Assembly: GCA_021324115.1 (NCBI GenBank) | Contig: JAJPJS010000025.1 | Coordinates: forward strand, 200,343 to 264,342 | Reading direction: 5' to 3' | DNA: 64,000 bases | Origin: Nitrososphaerota archaeon | Lineage (GTDB): Archaea; Thermoproteota; Nitrososphaeria; Conexivisphaerales; DTJL01 | Shown: piece after piece, positions 53,241 to 61,126 of the stretch | Layout: every line of letters starts with the position of its first letter | How positions within the stretch are numbered: position 1 is the first letter of the stretch | Made by a program: the position numbers and the translations under genes | The notes under the pieces: generated by a model | Databases searched by the model: none | What the model was told of the DNA's origin: nothing | The model's input: only the letters and a program-made list of their open reading frames with translations

Positions 53241-53683
53241 GGACTCCACGCCACCACCAGAATAACGAGTGAAGCGAGCCAAATCGCAGCCACGACGGCA
53301 AGAAGCACCCTGTAGCCAGCGGATCCTTTGTGATACCTTGACTTGTAGAGATAGGCGAATTCAGGGTTCAGATGTCCAAAAGCGATTCCCCTTGATGATG
53401 CCAGTGAGAGTCCCTTGACGGTTTCGAGGAACTGTGGTGTGAAAAGTATCCACAAAATGACCAAAAGTGCCTTTGCAAGAGTTACTGCGGAAGGGAAGAG
53501 GGCAAACCATGCCAGAAAAAGCACTCCGAACAATACCGAAAAAGGCGCGAGTATCCTGTTGAAAAGCATATGAACAAATGCTTCAAGGTAGAACCTTCTC
53601 AGCCTTCCTATTCTTACCTGGGAACCCCTAAGGTCCTTACCAGCCCGGCTGGGCCCTCCATCGGTTTCCTTTTCCGGGGCCAT
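53237..53683 (-). CDS. Hydrophobic protein in the sdh operon (putative membrane anchor/cytochrome b-like, SdhC-like)
   Basis: ORF 53237..53710. ATG 53683 overlaps the sdhA stop (TGATG). It has three predicted TM helices and His residues (FVHML, FGHLNPE) that could ligate heme. Confidence 0.5.
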   Translation of the reverse strand: MAPEKETDGGPSRAGKDLRGSQVRIGRLRRFYLEAFVHMLFNRILAPFSVLFGVLFLAWFALFPSAVTLAKALLVILWILFTPQFLETVKGLSLASSRGIAFGHLNPEFAYLYKSRYHKGSAGYRVLLAVVAAIWLASLVILVVAWSP

Positions 53684-55422
53684 CAGTACTTCCTCTCCAT
53701 CGGCTGCCACTTCGTTATCTTCACTGGCGAGGAGGATAACTTTGGTTGATCGTCTGTCCTGTAGGCTATTGTGTGCTTCATAAAATTGGCATCATCTCTC
53801 TTGGGAAACTCGACCCTTGCATGAGCACCACGGGACTCCTTTCTCCAGAGAGCGCCGGCAACTACCACCTGGGCAAGCTCTATCATATTACCGATTTCCA
53901 GTGTATCCCTAAGATTCGTATTGAAAATACGACCTTTATCTTCAACGTGTACCTGAGAATATCTCTCCCTTAGTTCCTTCAGCTTATTCATTGCAGTTAC
54001 CAGTCCCTTTTCCTCCCTATATACGTAGACATAGGTGTCCATCGTGTTCCACAGCTCCTTCCTCAGACTGTACGGGTTTTCGGTACCTCCACCGGAAAGA
54101 AGTCTTTCAAGAAACTTTGTGTTCTGGTTCAGCTCCACTTCTACCTCGTCCAAAGCTGGATAGTCCGATTTCGAAAGAGCTCTTTTTGCCGCCGCCTCTC
54201 CCGTCATCCTCCCCCATATGACACACTGGCTGAGCGAATTGCTTCCCAGTCTGTTTGCGCCGTGCACGCTTATACACCCACATTCACCCGCCACCCAAAG
54301 CCCCTCAACGGGAGGGCCCTGATCGCCGGAGAGTACCTGACCGAACAGGTTGGCATGAATGCCACCCATAGTATGGTGAGCCACGGGCCTGACTGGGATG
54401 AGCTCATGAGCAGGATTTATCGAAAGAGATTTCATTGCCAACTCCTTTATCATCGGAAGCCTTTCGTCAATCTTGGCTTCACCCAGATGCCTCAAGTCCA
54501 GCCACAGATGCATCATGTTGGACGCTTCATGAAGGACCCCCCTGCCCTGGTTTATTTCGGTGATCATGGCCCTTGCGACGATGTCCCTCGGCGCCAGTTC
54601 CATCTTGCTCTTCGCATAGTTTTCCATGAACCTCTTACCGTCAGAATTCAGAAGGTATCCTCCCTCGCCCCTTGCTGCTTCTGTTATCAGTATCCCGCTT
54701 GGAATCATCCCGGTTGGATGGAACTGGGTGAATTCCAGGTCCTTCACGGGAAGGCCAGCCTTGTAGGCCAGAGCCACGCCGTCACCTGTGCTCGAGTAGG
54801 CCGTGGTTGTAAAGCCGAATATCCTGGAGAAACCGCCAGTAGCGATGATGCATCCCTTCGACAGGAAAACCCTTTCCTCGCCAGTGGCAAGGTCGATCGT
54901 AGCGAGCCCCCTGAATTCATTCCCTTTCAGGAGCAGTTTGGTTGCGTAGTGTTCGTGAAATATGTCAATGTTCTTGAAAGAGAGAAGGTTGTCATAGAGT
55001 GCACTCATCATGAAAAAGCCTGTTTTGTCCGCCGCGAAGGCTGTCCTTGGCACACTCATTCCGCCAAACGCTCGGAGGACTATCTTACCCTCAGAATCCC
55101 TGTTCCAGGGAACACCCAGATGATCAAAAAACCTGATCTCGCTGGGAGCCTCCTTCACAAGGAGCTCTATAGATTCCTGGTCACCAAGGTAATCACCTCC
55201 CTTCGCCGTATCAAAACCGTGAAGGTCTACCGTGTCTTCTCCAGGGTAGAGGACACCTGAAATGCCACCCTCTGCGGAAACCGAGTGGCTTCTCATCGCA
55301 TGCAGTTTAGAAACAAGCGCGATTCTTAATGCACCGTTCGAAACACGCGCCGCCTGCAGCGCGGCCCTCATCCCTGCAAGACCGCTGCCGAGGACCACAA
55401 CATCATAACGCAGTGTTTCCAT
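53683..55422 (-). CDS. sdhA: Succinate dehydrogenase/fumarate reductase flavoprotein subunit
   Basis: YDVVVLGSGLAGMRAAL, RSHSVSAEGG (FAD-linking His region), HPTG and RGAHAR. Confidence 0.95.
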   Translation of the reverse strand: METLRYDVVVLGSGLAGMRAALQAARVSNGALRIALVSKLHAMRSHSVSAEGGISGVLYPGEDTVDLHGFDTAKGGDYLGDQESIELLVKEAPSEIRFFDHLGVPWNRDSEGKIVLRAFGGMSVPRTAFAADKTGFFMMSALYDNLLSFKNIDIFHEHYATKLLLKGNEFRGLATIDLATGEERVFLSKGCIIATGGFSRIFGFTTTAYSSTGDGVALAYKAGLPVKDLEFTQFHPTGMIPSGILITEAARGEGGYLLNSDGKRFMENYAKSKMELAPRDIVARAMITEINQGRGVLHEASNMMHLWLDLRHLGEAKIDERLPMIKELAMKSLSINPAHELIPVRPVAHHTMGGIHANLFGQVLSGDQGPPVEGLWVAGECGCISVHGANRLGSNSLSQCVIWGRMTGEAAAKRALSKSDYPALDEVEVELNQNTKFLERLLSGGGTENPYSLRKELWNTMDTYVYVYREEKGLVTAMNKLKELRERYSQVHVEDKGRIFNTNLRDTLEIGNMIELAQVVVAGALWRKESRGAHARVEFPKRDDANFMKHTIAYRTDDQPKLSSSPVKITKWQPMERKY

Positions 55423-55526
55423 TGGAAAGCCGACGGGGGCTTCTCAAAAGTGTCTATAAGCTTTGTTGAAATCCCATAGAAATCTGGATGGTAACTGTTG
55501 ACTCTTGGTTCGAACTTTATCAGTGG

Positions 55527-55781
55527 TTAACCGTAGCTTCCAACCTGCTTTCTGACGACCAGTTCCTTGGGGACAGAAGCGAGTCTGACTATATTCGCTG
55601 TCTGAATCGCATAAATTGGAAGGCCTGTATTTGGGTCGTTCCCCACTCTGAATATGGCGCTCACGACGCTCTTGAATTTGAGCACGCTTCCATCCTTGAG
55701 TTTCAGCTTAACCCAGTGTTCCTCTCCCTCCGCTTCAAAATCAACGAGTTCCCCTCCAGTCGGCATCATAGGAGCTGACAT
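55527..55781 (-). CDS. Hypothetical small soluble protein (84 aa)
   Basis: ATG start and an isolated ORF with its own TATA-like GTTTAAAC (55812..55819) about 34 nt upstream. The beta-rich sequence WVKLKLKDGSVLKFKSVVSAIFRVGNDPNTGLPIYAIQT matches no family I recognise. Confidence 0.45.
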   Translation of the reverse strand: MSAPMMPTGGELVDFEAEGEEHWVKLKLKDGSVLKFKSVVSAIFRVGNDPNTGLPIYAIQTANIVRLASVPKELVVRKQVGSYG

Positions 55782-55860
55782 CGCAATCGCATATGGTGGT
55801 CCAGACAGGTGTTTAAACCATTCATTTTACGGAACTGGAAGAAGGATTCCTTAAAAGCTT

Positions 55861-56694
55861 ATGAAACCTCACATTTCTCGACCTTGCGTGAAGCGACCTT
55901 CAATACTCGTGAGCAACGATGACGGCCCCGCGAGCCCGGGCGTAAAGGCACTCATCAGGTCCCTTTCCGGATTCGCCGATGTGATTCCTGTCATTCCAGA
56001 AGGTCCGAGAAGCAGCACAAGCATGAGCCTGACGTTTCATAAGCCACTAAGAATAAGGGAAGTAAAAATAGCTGGAAGAGATGGATACGTGGTCTCGGGG
56101 AGTCCTGCCGATGCAGTAATGGTAGCTTTGTACAAGATACTTAAGAAAAAACCTGTCGCGATGGCGTCAGGAATAAACATAGGGGACAACACGAGCCTTC
56201 AGGACGTGTTCGCATCGGGAACAGTCCAAGCTTCGATTCAGAGCGCCTTCTTCGGAATACCTTCAGTGGCATTCTCCCTGCAGATCGAAGAAGGGGTTAT
56301 CTTCTCCCCATCCGAGGCATTCGGACATTTTACACAGGCAGCCGAGCATGCTTCAAGGGTGATGGAATGGGTGTGCAAGGAGGGACTTCCTCCGGGAACC
56401 GATATACTTAATGTGAATTACCCCATAAATGTCAGCTCATCCACACGAACCGTATACACAAGGCTGGCACTCAAAAAGTATCGCAACTTCGTCGTTGAAC
56501 GCAGGGATCCCCGCGGCAGACCTTACTACTGGGTGTGGGGGCATAGGATGAACAGATATGCCGAGGGGTCTGATGCGAGGGCAGTCCTTCAGGACGGCCT
56601 GGTTTCCGTTACACCATTGCGTGTGGACATGTCCACCGACTCCTCAGGAGTGGCCAAACTGCTAGAATGGCTTAATCAGACGAGTGCAAGTTAA
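55861..56694 (+). CDS. surE: 5'/3'-nucleotidase SurE
   Basis: ILVSNDDGPASPGVKAL...SGINIGDN...SGTVQAS. Confidence 0.85.
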   Translation: MKPHISRPCVKRPSILVSNDDGPASPGVKALIRSLSGFADVIPVIPEGPRSSTSMSLTFHKPLRIREVKIAGRDGYVVSGSPADAVMVALYKILKKKPVAMASGINIGDNTSLQDVFASGTVQASIQSAFFGIPSVAFSLQIEEGVIFSPSEAFGHFTQAAEHASRVMEWVCKEGLPPGTDILNVNYPINVSSSTRTVYTRLALKKYRNFVVERRDPRGRPYYWVWGHRMNRYAEGSDARAVLQDGLVSVTPLRVDMSTDSSGVAKLLEWLNQTSAS

Positions 56695-56759
56695 CTGGTG
56701 CATCTCGCTTTCCTGAAAGAAGAGCATGCATATTACTCCATCTTTCAACCGAACCAATA

Positions 56760-56784
56760 CCGCGCCGGCTGCAAGCGGATTTTT
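56760..56784 (+). terminator. Short hairpin plus T5 tract downstream of surE
   Basis: ccgc-gccggctgcaa-gcgg followed by attttt (T run at 56780..56784), 66 nt after the surE stop. Confidence 0.35.
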
Positions 56785-56841
56785 CGTTGGGTCGAGAGGA
56801 ATAATCTTTAAGGCGTATGCCCGACTCACTGCGATATTATA

Positions 56842-57408
56842 ATGGATTCCAGAAAACGCGGCGGAAGGAAAAAAGATGAAGAAACACTAGAGAGCAGGCT
56901 GGTCCACACAGGTCGCTATTTGAAAGTCCGAGTCGACCGAGTCAGGTCGGGCAAAAGGGAGATCACATACGATCTTGTCGAACACCCCGGGGCCGTGGCC
57001 GTGCTGCCGGTCACTCAGGACGGTCAGATCCTTCTGGAGAGGCAGTACAGGCATGCTCTTGGTGTTTCCATACTGGAGATCCCGGCTGGCACCCTTGAAC
57101 CAGGTGAAAAGCCAGTAGAATGTGCAAAAAGAGAGCTCATCGAGGAAACGGGCTTTGCCGCGGTTTCGATTCGGAAGCTCGGCGTCATATACATGGCACC
57201 AGGTTACAGCAATGAAGTGATACACATCTTCTTCGCTAGGATCAAGTCGAATGGAAGGGGACCTTCACCCGAACCGGATGAATCAATAACCATCTCGGAA
57301 TATGCACCAGATGAAGTTATGGACCTGGTGAAGTCAGGTAAGTTGATGGATGCAAAATCACTTGCCGCTCTGTTTATTGCTGAACGACTGCAGCTTTTGC
57401 AGCTGTAG
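56842..57408 (+). CDS. NUDIX hydrolase (ADP-ribose pyrophosphatase-like)
   Basis: Nudix box GTLEPGEKPVECAKRELIEETGF. Confidence 0.85.
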   Translation: MDSRKRGGRKKDEETLESRLVHTGRYLKVRVDRVRSGKREITYDLVEHPGAVAVLPVTQDGQILLERQYRHALGVSILEIPAGTLEPGEKPVECAKRELIEETGFAAVSIRKLGVIYMAPGYSNEVIHIFFARIKSNGRGPSPEPDESITISEYAPDEVMDLVKSGKLMDAKSLAALFIAERLQLLQL

Positions 57409-58411
57409 GCTCGGCTTTCGTAGGCTCCGAGAGCGTGCTGTGTTCGAATGATGGCGCACTCGGTTCCAGCATCTTTTTGATCTTGTTGGCCGCTGTGGCG
57501 GCCTGTCCAAAGCCAACGGCTAGAAGGTTCTGCCTAAACCCTGACCTGGGAGACGCTACATCACCAACAGCAAATATGCCGGGTACATTTGTCTCCAGAG
57601 TTTCATCCACAAGGAGTCCCCGGTTGTCCATCTCGATTCCCCATTGCCTCATGATGCTCAGGTCCGCCTTGTATCCGACAAGAACGAGCACATCATCAAC
57701 TTCGAGCTCCTCATCTTTGTTGGTCTGGGTATTGGTGATGGTGACCTTCCTCACCCAGTCATCGCCAGAAACGGATTTCAGTACGCAGAACAGCTTCACT
57801 TCGATGTTGGAGTGCATGAGTGCGCTTACCGACATTTCGTGAGCCCTGAAAACTTCTCTTCTATGGATTAACGTAGTTTTGGATGCTATGTCCTTAAGAT
57901 GAAGCGCCCAGTCCACCGCGGAATCCCCGCCCCCGACGATGAGAAGTCGTCGACCCCTGAACCTCTCCGGGTCACGCACGTAATAGAAAACACCCTTTCC
58001 TTCGAACTTGGGGATGCCTTCAGCTTCCACCTTGTTCGGTGAAAAAGTGCCTATACCAGTTGCCACCAGAACGGCCTTGCACGAATATGCAGATTTGTCC
58101 GTTTGTACTTCAAACCTCTGTCCTGCCAATTTGGATATTCGGAGAACCCTTTCACCGAGTCTGATTGTGGGTGAATATCTCATGGCCTGCTTGACCAGAT
58201 TGCCGACGACCTCCTTGCCGGTTACCTCGTAAAATCCGGGCATGTCGTAGATAAATTTGTCAGGGTAAAGGAAGGTTATCTGACCGCCAAGGTCCTCGGT
58301 CGCTTCGATCAGAACAACCTTGAGACCCCTGAATCCAGCATAATAGGTCCCAAAAAGACCGACAGGACCTCCGCCTATGACGACTAGGTCGAATTCGTTA
58401 TCTACGCCCAT
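57374..58411 (-). CDS. Thioredoxin-reductase-like ferredoxin-NADP+ oxidoreductase (YumC/TrxR-like FNR; no redox CxxC)
   Basis: FDLVVIGGGPVGLFGTYYAG, LGGQITFLYPDKFIYDMPGF, LIVGGGDSAVDWA and GIFAVGDVA. I saw no CxxC active-site dithiol. It overlaps the NUDIX gene 3' end by 35 nt. Confidence 0.75.
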   Translation of the reverse strand: MGVDNEFDLVVIGGGPVGLFGTYYAGFRGLKVVLIEATEDLGGQITFLYPDKFIYDMPGFYEVTGKEVVGNLVKQAMRYSPTIRLGERVLRISKLAGQRFEVQTDKSAYSCKAVLVATGIGTFSPNKVEAEGIPKFEGKGVFYYVRDPERFRGRRLLIVGGGDSAVDWALHLKDIASKTTLIHRREVFRAHEMSVSALMHSNIEVKLFCVLKSVSGDDWVRKVTITNTQTNKDEELEVDDVLVLVGYKADLSIMRQWGIEMDNRGLLVDETLETNVPGIFAVGDVASPRSGFRQNLLAVGFGQAATAANKIKKMLEPSAPSFEHSTLSEPTKAEPTAAKAAVVQQ

Positions 58412-58567
58412 AGTCCAACGCAGGGGCGGCTTGTACCTACTATTTTAGTTATTGGTCAGAACATGATTATCGCCTGTCCCGATTCCGCCTCAGGCAATTC
58501 AACCAATGGTTTACCCCCTTTCTGATAAAAAATCCTTATAGACTCTTGTGCCATAGCCAACCTAGGG

Positions 58568-58969
58568 ATGAGTTCAGAAACCGATAAGGAGATTCTCGAA
58601 GAGCTGAAGAAGATCTCGGCGCTTCTCACGCCCAAGCCTCCCCCTCCTCCGGCCCCGCCCCCTAAGGGGGTATGGCAGGAGTTCAAAGCTTTCATCGGAA
58701 AAGGTGGAGTGCTGGCTCTTGCAGTGGGTTTCATAATGGGCACGTACATAGGAAAGGTGGTGTCGGCGCTGGTGAGCGACATCATTCTCCCAATACCTGG
58801 AGCCCTGGAACCGTCTGGCAACTGGACATCGGCCCAGATCTCGATACCTGTCGGTAACGGAATACATTTTCTAGTTGGGGACTTCGTCAATGCGATCGTC
58901 ACCTTCCTCATCGTCGCCATCGTGGTATTTTTCATCGCCCGATATGCAAACAGAATGGGCATCAAGTAA
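58568..58969 (+). CDS. mscL: Large-conductance mechanosensitive channel MscL with an N-terminal extension
   Basis: EFKAFIGKGGVLALAVGFIMGTYIGKVVSALVSDIILP is the MscL core. It is preceded by about 35 aa (MSSETDKEILEELKKISALLTPKPPPPPAPPPKG). Confidence 0.8.
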   Translation: MSSETDKEILEELKKISALLTPKPPPPPAPPPKGVWQEFKAFIGKGGVLALAVGFIMGTYIGKVVSALVSDIILPIPGALEPSGNWTSAQISIPVGNGIHFLVGDFVNAIVTFLIVAIVVFFIARYANRMGIK

Positions 58970-59077
58970 CCGGCCTGAGACGAACCGCCTTAAGAAGCCG
59001 AAAACCTACAACACGGTTCAGAATATCGCAAGACGATTTCGAATTCTTCATAAGGACAATGCCAGGGATGACTGTCG

Positions 59078-60007
59078 TTGGCACCTTACAAGTTCCGGAG
59101 GGTGATCGATTTCGAGGTCAAGCCCGGGGCCTCAAAGTCAATATCAACCGGTATGTCGAGGGCGGGTGGCTTTGAGGCCAGGGCCTTTGCCGAAGCTGTG
59201 CAGGCCCTCAGCGATATGTGGCAGGACAGGGAATGCAGCCGGATCATATCCTTCACCGCAGATCTGGTCTCGACTGGTTTGAGGGGAGTTCTCAGGCAGC
59301 TTGTAAGGGATAAGAAATTCGACCTGATAATCACAACCTGTGGAACCCTGGACCATGACATAGCACGCTGTTTTTCGCCCTATCTCGAAGGAGACTTTGG
59401 TTTGGACGACAGACTCCTTCTGAAAAAGGGGTTTCACAGGCTTGGGAATGTTCTGATTCCCAAGGATTCTTACGGCCCCACCCTCGAGAGGTTCATTCAG
59501 CCTCTTTTGGCGGACCTTTATCCAGGGAAAGGAGAAACCGTACCCCCACACAGACTGATTTGGGAGGCAGGAAAGAGGCTCGATAACAAGGATTCAATAC
59601 TTTATTGGGCATATATGAACAGGATACCTGTGGTGGTGCCGGGAATCACCGATGGGGCATTCGGATCCCAGCTCTGGCTGTACTACCAGGCTCACAGGGG
59701 TTTCCAGCTTGATCTGATGACGGACGAGCAACTCATGTCAGACTTCGTCTTTGACGCGAGGAGACTCGGTGCCCTGATGCTTGGAGGCGGAATTTCGAAG
59801 CATCATACGATATGGTGGGCACAGTTCAAGGGGGGACTGGATTATGCCATCTATCTGACGACTGCTGTCGAATATGATGGCAGCCTTTCAGGTGCACTTC
59901 TGAAGGAGGCGATAAGCTGGGGCAAGGTCAAGCCTCGCGCTCGACAAACAACTGTTCATGGGGATGTCACGGTACTCCTGCCGTACCTGGTTTCTGCTGC
60001 GTTGTGA
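59078..60007 (+). CDS. dys: Deoxyhypusine synthase
   Basis: GGFEARAFAEAV, IITTCGTLDHD, LGALMLGGGISKHH and EAISWGK. TTG start, with no in-frame ATG upstream of the conserved region. Confidence 0.85.
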   Translation: MAPYKFRRVIDFEVKPGASKSISTGMSRAGGFEARAFAEAVQALSDMWQDRECSRIISFTADLVSTGLRGVLRQLVRDKKFDLIITTCGTLDHDIARCFSPYLEGDFGLDDRLLLKKGFHRLGNVLIPKDSYGPTLERFIQPLLADLYPGKGETVPPHRLIWEAGKRLDNKDSILYWAYMNRIPVVVPGITDGAFGSQLWLYYQAHRGFQLDLMTDEQLMSDFVFDARRLGALMLGGGISKHHTIWWAQFKGGLDYAIYLTTAVEYDGSLSGALLKEAISWGKVKPRARQTTVHGDVTVLLPYLVSAAL

Positions 60008-60070
60008 GTCATATTTTCCTGGAACAACTATTCACAAGTAGCTTAAATCACAGTCAGTGCTACCCTCAAA

Positions 60071-61036
60071 GTGATGAAGGACCCGTTCGAATATGTTGCC
60101 AAGGAGTACCTTCCATGGATGAAAGGACTCATATCCATAGACCTTTCCACGAAGGGACTCAGTCAATCGAACATATCTTCTCTTATCGGGGTCACTCAGC
60201 CGTCCGTGAATTATTATTTAAAGAAGCAGAGGCAGGATTATCTGAGAAAGCTCGAAAGAATAGGCCTCTCTGATTCGACCATAAAGGACCAGGAACAGCG
60301 CTTTATTGAGGCTCTGCTGGCGGATACAAAGGATCGCCCTGCCAAGGTGATTCAGACTGTGGTTGATGCATTGGTTAGCGGAGAACTTTGCGACTATCAT
60401 CGGAAGACGTACAATGTGCCCGTTGATTGTGACGCCTGCATGAGGCTGTGGGGGTCAGGCACTTCAACGGACAGGTCATCTGTTGTTCAGGAGCTCGGAA
60501 GGGCGGTGGAACTTCTGGAGCACTCAGAGTACTTTGTCCATCTGATACCTGAGGTGCATTCGAACTTTGTGCTTGCCTCGGCTGACCCAAAGAACGTGAA
60601 TGATGTCGCAGGCATCGGCGGGAGAATAGTGCGTGTGAAGGGCAGAGCGCGGGCAATGTCGAGACCGGAGTTCGGCGCCTCAAGGCACCTTGCTGGCGTT
60701 CTTCTGGTGGTACATCAGAAGTTCGCGGATGTGAGGAGTGCGATCAATGTGAAGTTCGATGAAGAATTAAGGGAGTGTATGCTCAAGCTTGGCTGGAGAC
60801 TGCTGGATATACCCGTTCTGTCATTGGAGCACGAAGACCCTGTGATGGATGCTGTTTCACACGCTATTTCTTCTGTTAATGAAAAGCCGGACGTTCTCGT
60901 CCAGGAAGGCGAAACCGGGCTCGAGCCTTCGGCTTACATAATAGGGTCTGATCCCTTCGAGGTTGTTACAAAGACCCTAGACCTGGCATCGCTGTATGCA
61001 AGGGAGCGGACACGGGTTCCCTCCGTCACGGGCTGA
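60071..61036 (+). CDS. ThiN-domain protein fused to an N-terminal HTH (ThiR-like thiamine regulator or thiamine-phosphate synthase ThiN)
   Basis: HTH LSQSNISSLIGVTQPSVNYYLKK. ThiN-like core IPEVHSNFVLASADPKNVNDVAGIGGRIVRVKGRARAMSRPEFGASRHLA. Confidence 0.6.
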   Translation: MMKDPFEYVAKEYLPWMKGLISIDLSTKGLSQSNISSLIGVTQPSVNYYLKKQRQDYLRKLERIGLSDSTIKDQEQRFIEALLADTKDRPAKVIQTVVDALVSGELCDYHRKTYNVPVDCDACMRLWGSGTSTDRSSVVQELGRAVELLEHSEYFVHLIPEVHSNFVLASADPKNVNDVAGIGGRIVRVKGRARAMSRPEFGASRHLAGVLLVVHQKFADVRSAINVKFDEELRECMLKLGWRLLDIPVLSLEHEDPVMDAVSHAISSVNEKPDVLVQEGETGLEPSAYIIGSDPFEVVTKTLDLASLYARERTRVPSVTG

Positions 61037-61126
61037 ACCGGACTTCCGGAGTCACTGAACCTTTTACCTTCAGGCTAACCTTACGAGCCGAATTCTTTTA
61101 TATGGGGTTTGAGGGCTGTTAGTCTC

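Noticed and set aside
54262-55260. A 332-aa ORF on the plus strand, fully antisense to sdhA
   Set aside because: It lies entirely inside a very confidently identified flavoprotein gene. Its sequence is Arg/Pro/His-rich, has no recognisable motif, and looks like the typical shadow frame of a codon-biased gene. It has no independent promoter geometry.
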